Shown: positions 7,680 to 16,504 of the stretch, one piece after another | How the letters are laid out: each line of letters starts with the position of its first letter | How positions within the stretch are numbered: the stretch's first letter is position 1 | Virus record (IMG/VR): IMGVR_UViG_3300032095_000033 | Location: 1 to 59,644 of that record | DNA: 59,644 nucleotides | Direction: 5' to 3' (one strand) | Source: a virus | Lineage: Duplodnaviria > Caudoviricetes | Made by a program: the position numbers and the translations under genes | Notes under the pieces: model-generated | What the model was told of the DNA's origin: nothing | Seen by the model: only the letters and a program-made list of their open reading frames with translations | Databases searched by the model: none

Positions 7680-10600
7680 ATGGGTAAGGTAATCGGGACG
7701 GTCGGTGTCATAGTCGGCGCGGTCGCGCTCGCTGCGACCGGGATCGGTGCGATTGCCGCGCCCGGCCTGGCTGGCGCGCTGACGATCGGCGGCATCAAGG
7801 CCAGCACGCTCCTGCTGGCGGGCACAGCCTTGCAGTCGGTCGGGCAGGCGCTGACCAAGCAACCCAAGGCCTCGGCCGCGACGGTCGACCGGCTCCACGC
7901 CAATCTGGTCGCGGATGCGCCGCGCAAGTTCGCATTCGGCCGGACCGCGTTCAACACCGACATGCGCTACCAGGAATGGTGGGGCAATGAGCAGCAATAT
8001 TGCAGCCAAGTCTTCGCGCTGGCGTCGCACCATTGCGAATCGGTCGATGAAATTTGGCTGGACGACAAGCTCGCTTGGACCGCTGCTGGCGGCGTTCAGG
8101 GGGCGTTTGCCGGGTATCTGCGCGTGCAGGTACAGCCGCAGGCGACCACATTCTCCCGCTTTAATGCGGGCTGGTCGGGCCGTTGGGGCGCGAATGCGAC
8201 TTTTGCCGGATGCGCGACCCTGTACCTTGAATTCAAGGTCACGGGGAACGGGAAGAAGGGCACGAGCCCGTTCTCCAGTTCGATAACCAACCGCGTTACT
8301 GTGGTAGGCAAGGGCGCGCGTCTGCCCGATCCGCGTTTCGACAGCACGGTCGGAGGATCGGGGGCGGTCCGGGTCGTCGATCAGTCGACCTGGGCATGGG
8401 CACCGTCCGGCTACGAGGTCGGGCGTAATCCCGCACTCGCGCTGCTGTTCTATCTGCTGGGCTGGCGCATTCAGAACCCCGTTGCCGGCCAATGGGCCTT
8501 GGCCGTGGGGTGTGGCGTCCCGGTCGACCGTATCGACCTGGGCAGCTTCATCACGGCCGCCAACCTGTGTGATGAGCCGGTATTGAAGGCGGATGGTTCC
8601 TATGAGCCCCGCTATCGGTGCGATGGCGTATTTTCGGAAAGCGATGACCGGTCGCAGGTGATCGCCGCGTTCGAAACGGCGATGAATGCGAAGTTGCGCG
8701 ACAGTGCGGGGCGCTTCTCGCTTCAGGTGCTGCACAACGACCTGGGCACGCCGGTTGTCGACTTCACCGATGACGATGTTCTGGGCGACTTCACTTGGAC
8801 GGCAGGCAACGACCTGAACGACCGGAAGAATGTGGTGCGTGGCCGCTATACCAATGCGGGGGCGCTGTACCAGCTTACCGATTTTCCCCCGATCCGCTTG
8901 GCGTCGCTCGACGGTATCGATCGTATCGACAGCGTGGATTTGGCCTTGGTCCAGTCCGGGAGCCAAGCGCAGCGTCTGGGCAAACAGCGTCTGCAACGGA
9001 TGCAGTATCAGGGCACCTTTGCCGCTGAATTCAATGCCAAGGGCTGGGCGGTCAAGGATGGCGATATCGTCCGACTGACCTTCGCGGCGCTGGGCTTCGA
9101 TAAGAAGCTGTTCCGCGTTGCGGAGGGCCTGATCGATCCCACGGGCGTGGTGCCTCTCGTGCTGGTCGAAGAAAATCAGGCCATTTACGCTTGGGACCGT
9201 GGCGATGCCGCGACGGTGCAGGCGGCGGAACCCAATAGCTTCAATCCGTTAATGCTCCCCATCATCGCCGCCTTGGATGAGGCGGGAAAATCGGCCGAAT
9301 GGCCGGTGATTACGGGTGAAGGGAAGCCCGACGATTATGCGACTAATAGCGCGGACCCAAATTCCGCGTTCGGGCCTGATGGGACCGTAAAGGAAGCAAT
9401 CGCCCAGCTCGATCGCATTGAGTCGATCGTCCGCGACACGGCCGGGCTGAAGGAAGCGCAGAAGGACCTAGACGAGGCGGTCGATCGCCTGCGCCAGAGC
9501 GACGATGCGGCCGTCGTGGCGCTGGCGCAGCTGCGCGGCGTCGTGCTGGACGGTGCGGCGACCCAGCGTCAGCTCCAGCGGGCGGAAGGCAAGCTGGCCG
9601 CCGCGACGCTTCAGCTCCTGATGATGTCGGACGCGGCCGATACGCGGATGCGCGACGCCGGTTTCATCACCGATCCGGCAACCGGCAAGGTCTATGCCTA
9701 TGCGCTCGACCGCCTGGGCGATCGTCAGACGAAGGTCGAGGCGACGCTGGACGCGCAGGCCGGGCAAATCGCTCTGCGCGCAACCAGTACCGAGGTGGAC
9801 GAGAAAATCCTGAAGGCGGTGCTGAACCCCGAGCAGGTCGCCCAGCTGGAGCCGCTGTTGGCGCGGATTGCAGCGGTCGAGGTGGTCTATGACGCGCTGA
9901 AGGCGGAGGTCCGCACGAAAGCCGAGCTGGTCGAGTTGACCAAGGCGGTCGCGCGCATCACCAATGCCGAGCAGCGTATCAGCGCGGCCGAGGGGCTGAT
10001 CGCCAGCAAGGTCGAGCAGACCAGCTTCGACCAGGCGCTGATGCGCATCGGCTCGGCCGAGCAGCTGCTACAATCCTATGGCGACGTGTCGCGCTACAGC
10101 GTCGAGCTGCGCCAGTCGCGCGCCGCGCGCAGTCAGAGCGATCAGGCGCTGGCGGCGTCGATCCTGGGGGAGCATCAGGCAGACGAGCTGCGGCTGACCG
10201 CGCAGGCCCTGTTACGGCAGGAGCTGTACGCCAAGATCGTCGATGGCGACGCGCTGGAGGCGCGGGCGCGGACAGAGATCGGCTTGCAGCTTCGCAACCT
10301 CGACGCGCGATCGGTGCAAGACCGGTTCCTGTCGATCGAGCGCGATGCGGTGCTGGCGCAGGATATCGACGCGCTGGGCGTCCAGAATGGCCAGCAATCG
10401 GCGGAGATCGCCTCGCTGCAAAAGACGTCGCTGGCGGCGGGTGTCGGGATCGCGGGCGTCGAGCAGACCATTCGCCAGCAGGCGCGTGGCCAGTCGCAGG
10501 CCGACGCGGCGTTGCTGGGCGGCATCCTGGGCAGCGATCAGGCCGAGAGCCGGTTCATCACGTCGCTGGCGGAGATCCATTCGCAACTGACCACGACGCT

Positions 10601-11999
10601 GGTGGCCGGTTTCAGCGCGGAGGCGGTCGCGCGGCAAGGACTGCGCGCGCGCATCGATTCGGCGGACGCCCGCTTCGATCAGGAGGCCCGCAGCACGGCC
10701 GACCGCATCCGCGCGGTGACCTCGCTCATTACGTCGCTCGGTGCGCAGTTCGACGATCCGACAACCGGGCTGGCCGCGACGCGCTCCGATCTGTCGCGGC
10801 TCGCGAGGGTGACGGCAGAGGCCGCGCAGGCGAATGTCGAGGCCATCGAGCAACTGCGCGGGATCGTGACCGACCCCGTGACCGGGTTGGAAATGACTCG
10901 GGTCGCCCTGACCGATCTTACGGAGCTCGTGGGCACGCAGAACACAGCCGCCCTTCACCGGTTGGAGCTGCTGGAGGGCAGCGTCAATGATCCGGCGACG
11001 GGCTTGCCATGGGCGCGCGGGGCCATCGCCGATCTGGGTCGCGTCATGCTCGAACGCGACAACGCGCAGGTCGAGTCCATCCGACAGGTCCGGGCCGAGG
11101 TCGATGGCGTCGGAGGCGTCGGTTTGGAGCAGGCCATGAAGGCTGTCGTCGACCGGCTTGGTAAGATCGAGGGCACGATCACCTTCAAGATCGACGTCGA
11201 CGGCAACGTCACCGGCCTCCAGCTGGTCGGCGGCGCGAAAGGCCCAGGTTCCCTCAACCTCATCAACACCGACCTGCGCATGGGAAAAGGTATGATCATC
11301 AAGAACACAGGCGCGTTCATGTCCGTCGAGGGCGTGGGCTTTGGCGTCGCCAAGGACCTGATCGAGTGGTTCGGGCCCACGATGTCCGTCGACCAGTGCA
11401 GCCGCGCCAATGCGATCACCTACAAGGCCGCGAACGGTGACGTGTACACGGGCGGCAGCTTTTCTGCTGGCACGCTGCGCAACGGCAGTGCTTCAAGCAG
11501 CCTAGCCGCCGATGCGGTGGCGGAGGTTCCGGCCTTCGGGTCGAACGGTAAGCCGGTGCGCTATGTCGCCAGCTGGTCCTACTACAGCGAGTACACCCGC
11601 ACTTTTGCTGCCGATAATGACGGGCTCGACCAGTTCAATCGGACTGTCGCGTCCTTCAACGCGACGTCCGATGATGGCGGAGCCATCTATTTCGGCTCCA
11701 AGAACGACGAGCGGACCGGTTCGACCATCACGCTGAGCCGCGCGTTCGCGGGGGCGTCCTATGCGCAGCTGGATCAGCGCAGCTGGACGACCGAGCAGGT
11801 CACCTTTCGCGGGTTGAAGCCTTCGCCGGGCGACGCGCCCGGCCGGGCGACCTTCACCGCCTCGATCGGGGGCGGCTTCACCGTGCTCGATCCCGTCCAG
11901 TCCACCGCCAATCGAACCCTTCGCCTCGCTCTGTCGCGCGGCTTCACCCTTTCCGAGGGCGTCATCCAGCGCCTGACCATCGTCGCGATCGAGGAGTAA
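7680..11999 (+). CDS. Tail tip / host-specificity protein (J-like), 1439 aa
   Basis: NPALAL, FITAANLCDE, RYRCDG motifs; long coiled-coil centre; DVDGNVTG C-terminal motif. Confidence 0.8.
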   Translation: MGKVIGTVGVIVGAVALAATGIGAIAAPGLAGALTIGGIKASTLLLAGTALQSVGQALTKQPKASAATVDRLHANLVADAPRKFAFGRTAFNTDMRYQEWWGNEQQYCSQVFALASHHCESVDEIWLDDKLAWTAAGGVQGAFAGYLRVQVQPQATTFSRFNAGWSGRWGANATFAGCATLYLEFKVTGNGKKGTSPFSSSITNRVTVVGKGARLPDPRFDSTVGGSGAVRVVDQSTWAWAPSGYEVGRNPALALLFYLLGWRIQNPVAGQWALAVGCGVPVDRIDLGSFITAANLCDEPVLKADGSYEPRYRCDGVFSESDDRSQVIAAFETAMNAKLRDSAGRFSLQVLHNDLGTPVVDFTDDDVLGDFTWTAGNDLNDRKNVVRGRYTNAGALYQLTDFPPIRLASLDGIDRIDSVDLALVQSGSQAQRLGKQRLQRMQYQGTFAAEFNAKGWAVKDGDIVRLTFAALGFDKKLFRVAEGLIDPTGVVPLVLVEENQAIYAWDRGDAATVQAAEPNSFNPLMLPIIAALDEAGKSAEWPVITGEGKPDDYATNSADPNSAFGPDGTVKEAIAQLDRIESIVRDTAGLKEAQKDLDEAVDRLRQSDDAAVVALAQLRGVVLDGAATQRQLQRAEGKLAAATLQLLMMSDAADTRMRDAGFITDPATGKVYAYALDRLGDRQTKVEATLDAQAGQIALRATSTEVDEKILKAVLNPEQVAQLEPLLARIAAVEVVYDALKAEVRTKAELVELTKAVARITNAEQRISAAEGLIASKVEQTSFDQALMRIGSAEQLLQSYGDVSRYSVELRQSRAARSQSDQALAASILGEHQADELRLTAQALLRQELYAKIVDGDALEARARTEIGLQLRNLDARSVQDRFLSIERDAVLAQDIDALGVQNGQQSAEIASLQKTSLAAGVGIAGVEQTIRQQARGQSQADAALLGGILGSDQAESRFITSLAEIHSQLTTTLVAGFSAEAVARQGLRARIDSADARFDQEARSTADRIRAVTSLITSLGAQFDDPTTGLAATRSDLSRLARVTAEAAQANVEAIEQLRGIVTDPVTGLEMTRVALTDLTELVGTQNTAALHRLELLEGSVNDPATGLPWARGAIADLGRVMLERDNAQVESIRQVRAEVDGVGGVGLEQAMKAVVDRLGKIEGTITFKIDVDGNVTGLQLVGGAKGPGSLNLINTDLRMGKGMIIKNTGAFMSVEGVGFGVAKDLIEWFGPTMSVDQCSRANAITYKAANGDVYTGGSFSAGTLRNGSASSSLAADAVAEVPAFGSNGKPVRYVASWSYYSEYTRTFAADNDGLDQFNRTVASFNATSDDGGAIYFGSKNDERTGSTITLSRAFAGASYAQLDQRSWTTEQVTFRGLKPSPGDAPGRATFTASIGGGFTVLDPVQSTANRTLRLALSRGFTLSEGVIQRLTIVAIEE

Positions 12000-12003
12000 A
12001 TTC

Positions 12004-13887
12004 ATGTGGTACACGGGTACGGCGACCTTCACCGCCGGTAGCTTGGAGGTGGTTGGCGACGGCAATGTCGACTTCGTCAGCAACGTCTTTCCCGGTGACG
12101 CGTGCATCGGTCCCAACGGCCTCCCGATGGAGATCGACCGGGCGGACAGCCGCAACAAGCTGATCCTGCGCACGCCCTATAATGGGCAGGGCGGGACGGG
12201 GCAGTTCAGGGTGCAGCCGACCCAGGACTATATCCGGTCGCTGGCATTTGCGGCCGTCGATCTGAAAAACACCTATGGCAATTACCGCGACACCGTTCTC
12301 CAAGGCATCTTCCAGCCCGGCACCAATGCCGCGCCAGGCGTCCGGGGCCTGAATGATCAGGATACCGGCTTGCGCTGGCTCGGTGACAACCGGCTGGCCT
12401 TGACGGCGGGCGGCGCAGACCGTGCTGTGGTGGGGCCAGACGGCCTTTCTGTATCCGGTCGAATGGACCTGCGAAGCACGATCGCGGTGGCCAATCCGAA
12501 TAACGGCGCGGATCAGACCTATATCGCGCAGGACTTCTATTCGCCAACCGGTGCGCTGGTCGCGCGGATTTCTGCGGTGCAGGCCACCGGGACGTTTGTG
12601 GATGCTGGTCAGCTTGCTTTGTGCACGGCACGCGGTGGTGTCGCGACCGAGCAGGTGCGGATCATGGACACTGGCAATTTCGGCATCGGCATAACCGCTC
12701 CCACGTCGCGTCTCGACGTGGCGCTGCCAGGCGCTGGCACACCACGTGTTCGCGTCATTTCATATGGCGACGAGCCCGCGATCGACTTTTCGCGATATAC
12801 CGGCGCAGCTGGCCTCTATTACGGCGGTCGCATCGGCATGACGCTCGATAGCCTGTGCTTCTATAATTCGGGCGGGACGGCCATAGGCGCGGCCGCTTGG
12901 AGCGAGCGGATGCGTATCGCTCCGGGCGGCAATCTTCTGGTGGGCGGCACCAGCGGCAACGGGAACGCCGTCAACGCGCATCGTATATCGAAAGTCGTCT
13001 CGCAAGCGCAGGCGTTGCTCGCGATCGACGGTAACGATGGCACGAGTGCGCTCTTTCTAGCAGTGGAGGCGGCGGGGAACGTCAGCACATCCGTTCCCGC
13101 CGCTCTCTTGCTGGGGCGGAACACGGGCAACGGTCGCAGCGCCAATGCGACCGGCACGATAAACGCTTCTGGCGCTGACTATGCCGAGTACATGCTCAAG
13201 GCGGCGGGATGCGGGATCATTGCCAAGGGGGATGTCTGCGGCGTCGATCGCGACGGCAAGCTGACCAAGTCCTGGGCAGATGCAGTCAGCTTTGTCGTGA
13301 AGTCGACCGACCCTTCCCTTGTCGGGGGCGATACCTGGGCGGCCCAGTTGCCTCCCAAGCCTGAACTGCCGGGTGGCGAGCCTATCCCGCCTGTTCAGCC
13401 CGGCGCTGCCCCTGTCGCACCGATCGAGCCCGGCCCCGAGCCCACGGAAGAGGGGCCGGTGTATGTGGCATGGCTCCAGGCTCGCTTCGCCTTCGCTGTC
13501 GCAGAGCGCGATTATGCCTTGGCGCTTGCCGAATGGCAGGCTGCAACCGACGCCTATCCCACTGCCCGTGCCGCTTATGAGGCCGATCATGCGGCCTGGG
13601 CAGATGCCAAGGCGGCCTATGCGCGGGACCTTCCGGCATGGGAGGCGCAGCTGGAAGCGGCGCGTGTCTGTGTCGACCGCATCGCCTTCTGCGGACAGGT
13701 GCCCTGCAATGTCTCCGGCGACTTCGCGGTGGGCGATTACATCATCCCCGTCCAGGACGGGGACGGCATCAAGGCCGTCGCGGTCAAGGATGACGACAGC
13801 CTGACCGACCGCCAGTATCGCCGTCGCATCGGCAAGGTCTGGGCGATCCGCGACGGTCGCGCGTGGATCGACGTGCAGCATGGATGA
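12004..13887 (+). CDS. Tail fibre with C-terminal intramolecular chaperone / autocleavage domain
   Basis: WYTGTATF N-terminus; GNFGIGITAP and ERMRI fibre repeats; ADYAEYM and IAFCGQVP chaperone motifs. Confidence 0.75.
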   Translation: MWYTGTATFTAGSLEVVGDGNVDFVSNVFPGDACIGPNGLPMEIDRADSRNKLILRTPYNGQGGTGQFRVQPTQDYIRSLAFAAVDLKNTYGNYRDTVLQGIFQPGTNAAPGVRGLNDQDTGLRWLGDNRLALTAGGADRAVVGPDGLSVSGRMDLRSTIAVANPNNGADQTYIAQDFYSPTGALVARISAVQATGTFVDAGQLALCTARGGVATEQVRIMDTGNFGIGITAPTSRLDVALPGAGTPRVRVISYGDEPAIDFSRYTGAAGLYYGGRIGMTLDSLCFYNSGGTAIGAAAWSERMRIAPGGNLLVGGTSGNGNAVNAHRISKVVSQAQALLAIDGNDGTSALFLAVEAAGNVSTSVPAALLLGRNTGNGRSANATGTINASGADYAEYMLKAAGCGIIAKGDVCGVDRDGKLTKSWADAVSFVVKSTDPSLVGGDTWAAQLPPKPELPGGEPIPPVQPGAAPVAPIEPGPEPTEEGPVYVAWLQARFAFAVAERDYALALAEWQAATDAYPTARAAYEADHAAWADAKAAYARDLPAWEAQLEAARVCVDRIAFCGQVPCNVSGDFAVGDYIIPVQDGDGIKAVAVKDDDSLTDRQYRRRIGKVWAIRDGRAWIDVQHG

Positions 13888-14125
13888 CCCGTCGCCCGGC
13901 GGGCTGAAATGGAAGGACTGGATTCCGGTCCTGACCTTCGCGGTGCTGATCGGTGGTGCGCTGCTGACCGGTGGCGGCGTCATCCGTGACGTGCATGAAA
14001 ACACACGGCGGATCGAATTGCTGGAACAGCGTGTCGAACTGCTGCGCTCGATCGACACGCGGACGGCGCGGATCGAAGCGAAGCTGGAGGTACTGGTTCC
14101 CGAAAAAGGGGAGGCGCGGCCATGA
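13880..14125 (+). CDS. Single-TM plus coiled-coil lysis-region protein
   Basis: One hydrophobic segment then LRSIDTRTARIEAKL; overlaps both neighbours. Confidence 0.55.
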   Translation: MDDPSPGGLKWKDWIPVLTFAVLIGGALLTGGGVIRDVHENTRRIELLEQRVELLRSIDTRTARIEAKLEVLVPEKGEARP

Positions 14126-14373
14126 TCGAGGGCGGTGTGGTGCTGATTGTCATCAGCTGGTTCCTGTCCTGTGCTAGTCCGGCCGAGAAACTGGTCAAAG
14201 GGCGGCGCGCCACGCGAACCATGGTCATCGGCGTCGTCCTGCGGGAGGCATATCCGCCGCCCGTTTCCTCTTCCTCCTTCATCGAACTGGTCGCGGCGAT
14301 CGATGCCGGTTTCGAGGGCGATGCGTCGACGCAGGCGCATAAGGCCATCGGTGCGATTTACGACCAAGCGTAA
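14122..14373 (+). CDS. Hypothetical protein with NepR-like motif
   Basis: IGVVLREAY...FIELVAAID; ATGA coupling to upstream gene. Confidence 0.4.
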   Translation: MIEGGVVLIVISWFLSCASPAEKLVKGRRATRTMVIGVVLREAYPPPVSSSSFIELVAAIDAGFEGDASTQAHKAIGAIYDQA

Positions 14374-14419
14374 CCGCTGACGGCCGGACGCCGTCGACCC
14401 TCCCAACGGAGAAACACCC

Positions 14420-14758
14420 ATGAAACTCATTACGAACTGGCGCCAGTCGTGGCGCTGGTGGTCGGTGCGCGTGTCCGCGATCGGCGCGGCCATCTATGCC
14501 TTCCTGCTGGTCGCGCCTGACCAGGCGCTGGCGATCTGGCAGGCGCTGCCCGCCGATGTCCAGGCACTGATCCCCAATGCCAAGGAAATCGGGCTGGCGC
14601 TGACCATCGCGGTCCTCGTGGCGCGTGTCGTGCAGCAGCGCGCAAAGGCGTCGCCATCAATCGGCGTCACGACTGACACGGCGGGAAACGTCATCGGCTT
14701 GGCGATCGATGGAAGCGGCAATTTGCAGGCAGGGGGCAAAGATGAAGCGGCCCGCTAA
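14420..14758 (+). CDS. Holin-like membrane protein
   Basis: MKLITNWRQSWRWWSVR start, two TM segments, directly upstream of endolysin, GGAG RBS. Confidence 0.7.
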   Translation: MKLITNWRQSWRWWSVRVSAIGAAIYAFLLVAPDQALAIWQALPADVQALIPNAKEIGLALTIAVLVARVVQQRAKASPSIGVTTDTAGNVIGLAIDGSGNLQAGGKDEAAR

Positions 14759-15290
14759 GACCGCGATCGGCGCGGCCATCGCGGCGGCCGTGGCGGTGGC
14801 GCTGCCCATCGCCTTGCCGCTGACCGATGCGTCGGAGGGCTTGCGGCTAAAAGCCTATCAGGACCCGGCACGTATCTGGACGATCTGCAACGGCCGGACG
14901 GCCGATGTAAAACCGGGCGATACGGCAACGCGGGAGCAATGCCGCGTCTGGCTGCATAGCGACCTTGCCGAGCATATGACGGCGGCCGCGAAGGCGACCC
15001 CCCGGCTGGTCGAAAATCCACAGGCGCTGGCGGCGGCCGGTGACTTCCATTTCAACGCAGGGGGAGTGTGGTGGGGCAAATCGCCGATGGCGGTGCATTT
15101 CGCGGCCGGTCGCTGGGCCGAGGGGTGTAAGGCCTTCATCGGCTATATCGTGATGGCACAGGTGCCCAAGCCGATCGCGGGAGCGCGGTGCACCCGAAAC
15201 ACCAAGGGCAAGCTGTATTGCGAGCTTCCAGGCCTTGTCACCCGCCGCCAGCGCGAATCGCGGATGTGCCAGTCGGGGCGCTGGCAATGA
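14742..15290 (+). CDS. Endolysin, GH24 lysozyme with SAR-like N-terminus
   Basis: Ala-rich hydrophobic N-terminus, SEGLRLKAYQDPARIWTICNGRT (E-D-T triad), GLVTRRQRE. Confidence 0.88.
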   Translation: MKRPAKTAIGAAIAAAVAVALPIALPLTDASEGLRLKAYQDPARIWTICNGRTADVKPGDTATREQCRVWLHSDLAEHMTAAAKATPRLVENPQALAAAGDFHFNAGGVWWGKSPMAVHFAAGRWAEGCKAFIGYIVMAQVPKPIAGARCTRNTKGKLYCELPGLVTRRQRESRMCQSGRWQ

Positions 15291-15679
15291 GCGGGCGGCT
15301 AATCGTGGCTGTCATCGGCGTCGTCGTGATTGTCGTGGGCGCGATTTGGCTTTTCCAGGCTGGCCATCGTTCCGGCGCGGATCGCGTCATCGCCACGGAT
15401 GCCAAGGTCCATGCCGCCACGGTCGCGGAAGCGCGGACCGATGAACGGCAGGCCGCCGCCAGCACCGCGACCATCGCCGCCCGTGCGGCCCGCGCGGATG
15501 ACCTGACCGATCGCTATGTTCGTCAAACGATAGAGGACCTTCGCCATGCGATATCCGATGCGCCCGCTGCTGCTGGCGACACTCTGCCTGCCGCTGATGT
15601 CGACAGCGTGCGGAACCGCCTCAACGCCGCGACCGACCGCGCGAACCGAGCGGCCGGTCCTGCCGCCCCTGCCCAGTAA
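15287..15679 (+). CDS. Rz-like inner-membrane spanin
   Basis: N-terminal TM then Ala-rich helix; follows endolysin. Confidence 0.7.
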   Translation: MSGRLIVAVIGVVVIVVGAIWLFQAGHRSGADRVIATDAKVHAATVAEARTDERQAAASTATIAARAARADDLTDRYVRQTIEDLRHAISDAPAAAGDTLPAADVDSVRNRLNAATDRANRAAGPAAPAQ

Positions 15680-15941
15680 CCTGACCAAGACCGAGCGGCT
15701 GGAGCCGTTGACCGCCGCGCCGTCCGGCAAGCGGATCACCGTCGACCAGGCCATCTTCCTCGAAATCGTCACCCGCTTTGCCGAGGCGATCGGGGCCGTC
15801 GAGCGCGGCAACCGGCGCGCGGTGGCGGTGGCGCAAGAGCGCGAATGTGTGCGGGCCATATTGGCGACCGGAGCGGTCGCTACCGGCTGTCAGCCCGAGG
15901 TACGGGGCGGGAGGTCGGGAGACCCCTCCGGCGGTAGATAG
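15558..15941 (+). CDS. Rz1-like outer-membrane lipoprotein spanin
   Basis: Lipobox STA-C, Pro-rich stretch, overlaps the Rz 3' end in another frame. Confidence 0.7.
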   Translation: MRPLLLATLCLPLMSTACGTASTPRPTARTERPVLPPLPSNLTKTERLEPLTAAPSGKRITVDQAIFLEIVTRFAEAIGAVERGNRRAVAVAQERECVRAILATGAVATGCQPEVRGGRSGDPSGGR

Positions 15942-16039
15942 AACGGCTCCTATCCTCGTTTGAAAGCCGTCCCGGCGCGCCCGCATCAGTCCCGCATGGC
16001 TGACGCGCGCGACATTACTCCAGGTACAAAGGAACATCC

Positions 16040-16504
16040 ATGAAATCCTGTCTTGTGGCGGGCGCGATGGCGCTTGCCTGCCTCATCGCCACCCCGGCGG
16101 CGGCGCAAAACTACCCCCAAATCGTCGCACCTTCAAACGTCGTCCCACCCCAAGGCGTCGCATTCAAGGCGGCTGACGGCTCGACGAACGTCGCCTCCCC
16201 CACCACCCCGCTGCCCGTAGCCACGCGTGTTGAGGCTTTTCAACTCGCGACGGCGAATACGGCAGCCCCACCCGTCGCGCTCGTCGGTGGTAGCTATATC
16301 TGGGCGCAGGGGTGCACCGGCTATGGCTCGGTTGCGCTTCGATACCGAGGACCGGATGGTGCCACGATGGTCACGATGGTCACGAAGACCGCCGCCGATT
16401 CGGCGGGCGGAACGCTGGTCCAGCTTGGAGGTGGCGCGATCGTCGACGTCGCGCTCAGCGGCACGACGGGCTGCAGCGTCAGCCTGACGCGGGTGCCGCA
16501 ATGA
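16040..16504 (+). CDS. Secreted hypothetical protein
   Basis: Sec-type signal ending ATPAAA-Q; AAGGA RBS. Confidence 0.7.
   Translation: MKSCLVAGAMALACLIATPAAAQNYPQIVAPSNVVPPQGVAFKAADGSTNVASPTTPLPVATRVEAFQLATANTAAPPVALVGGSYIWAQGCTGYGSVALRYRGPDGATMVTMVTKTAADSAGGTLVQLGGGAIVDVALSGTTGCSVSLTRVPQ

Noticed and set aside
7293-8996. Long antisense ORFs (also 13057-14493, 19995-21524, 32428-34041, 44506-46362)
   Set aside because: Shadow frames typical of high-GC coding DNA opposite well-supported genes
1-15941. Left element as a gene transfer agent or tailocin
   Set aside because: A GTA needs a capsid and a tailocin needs tube and tape measure; all are missing
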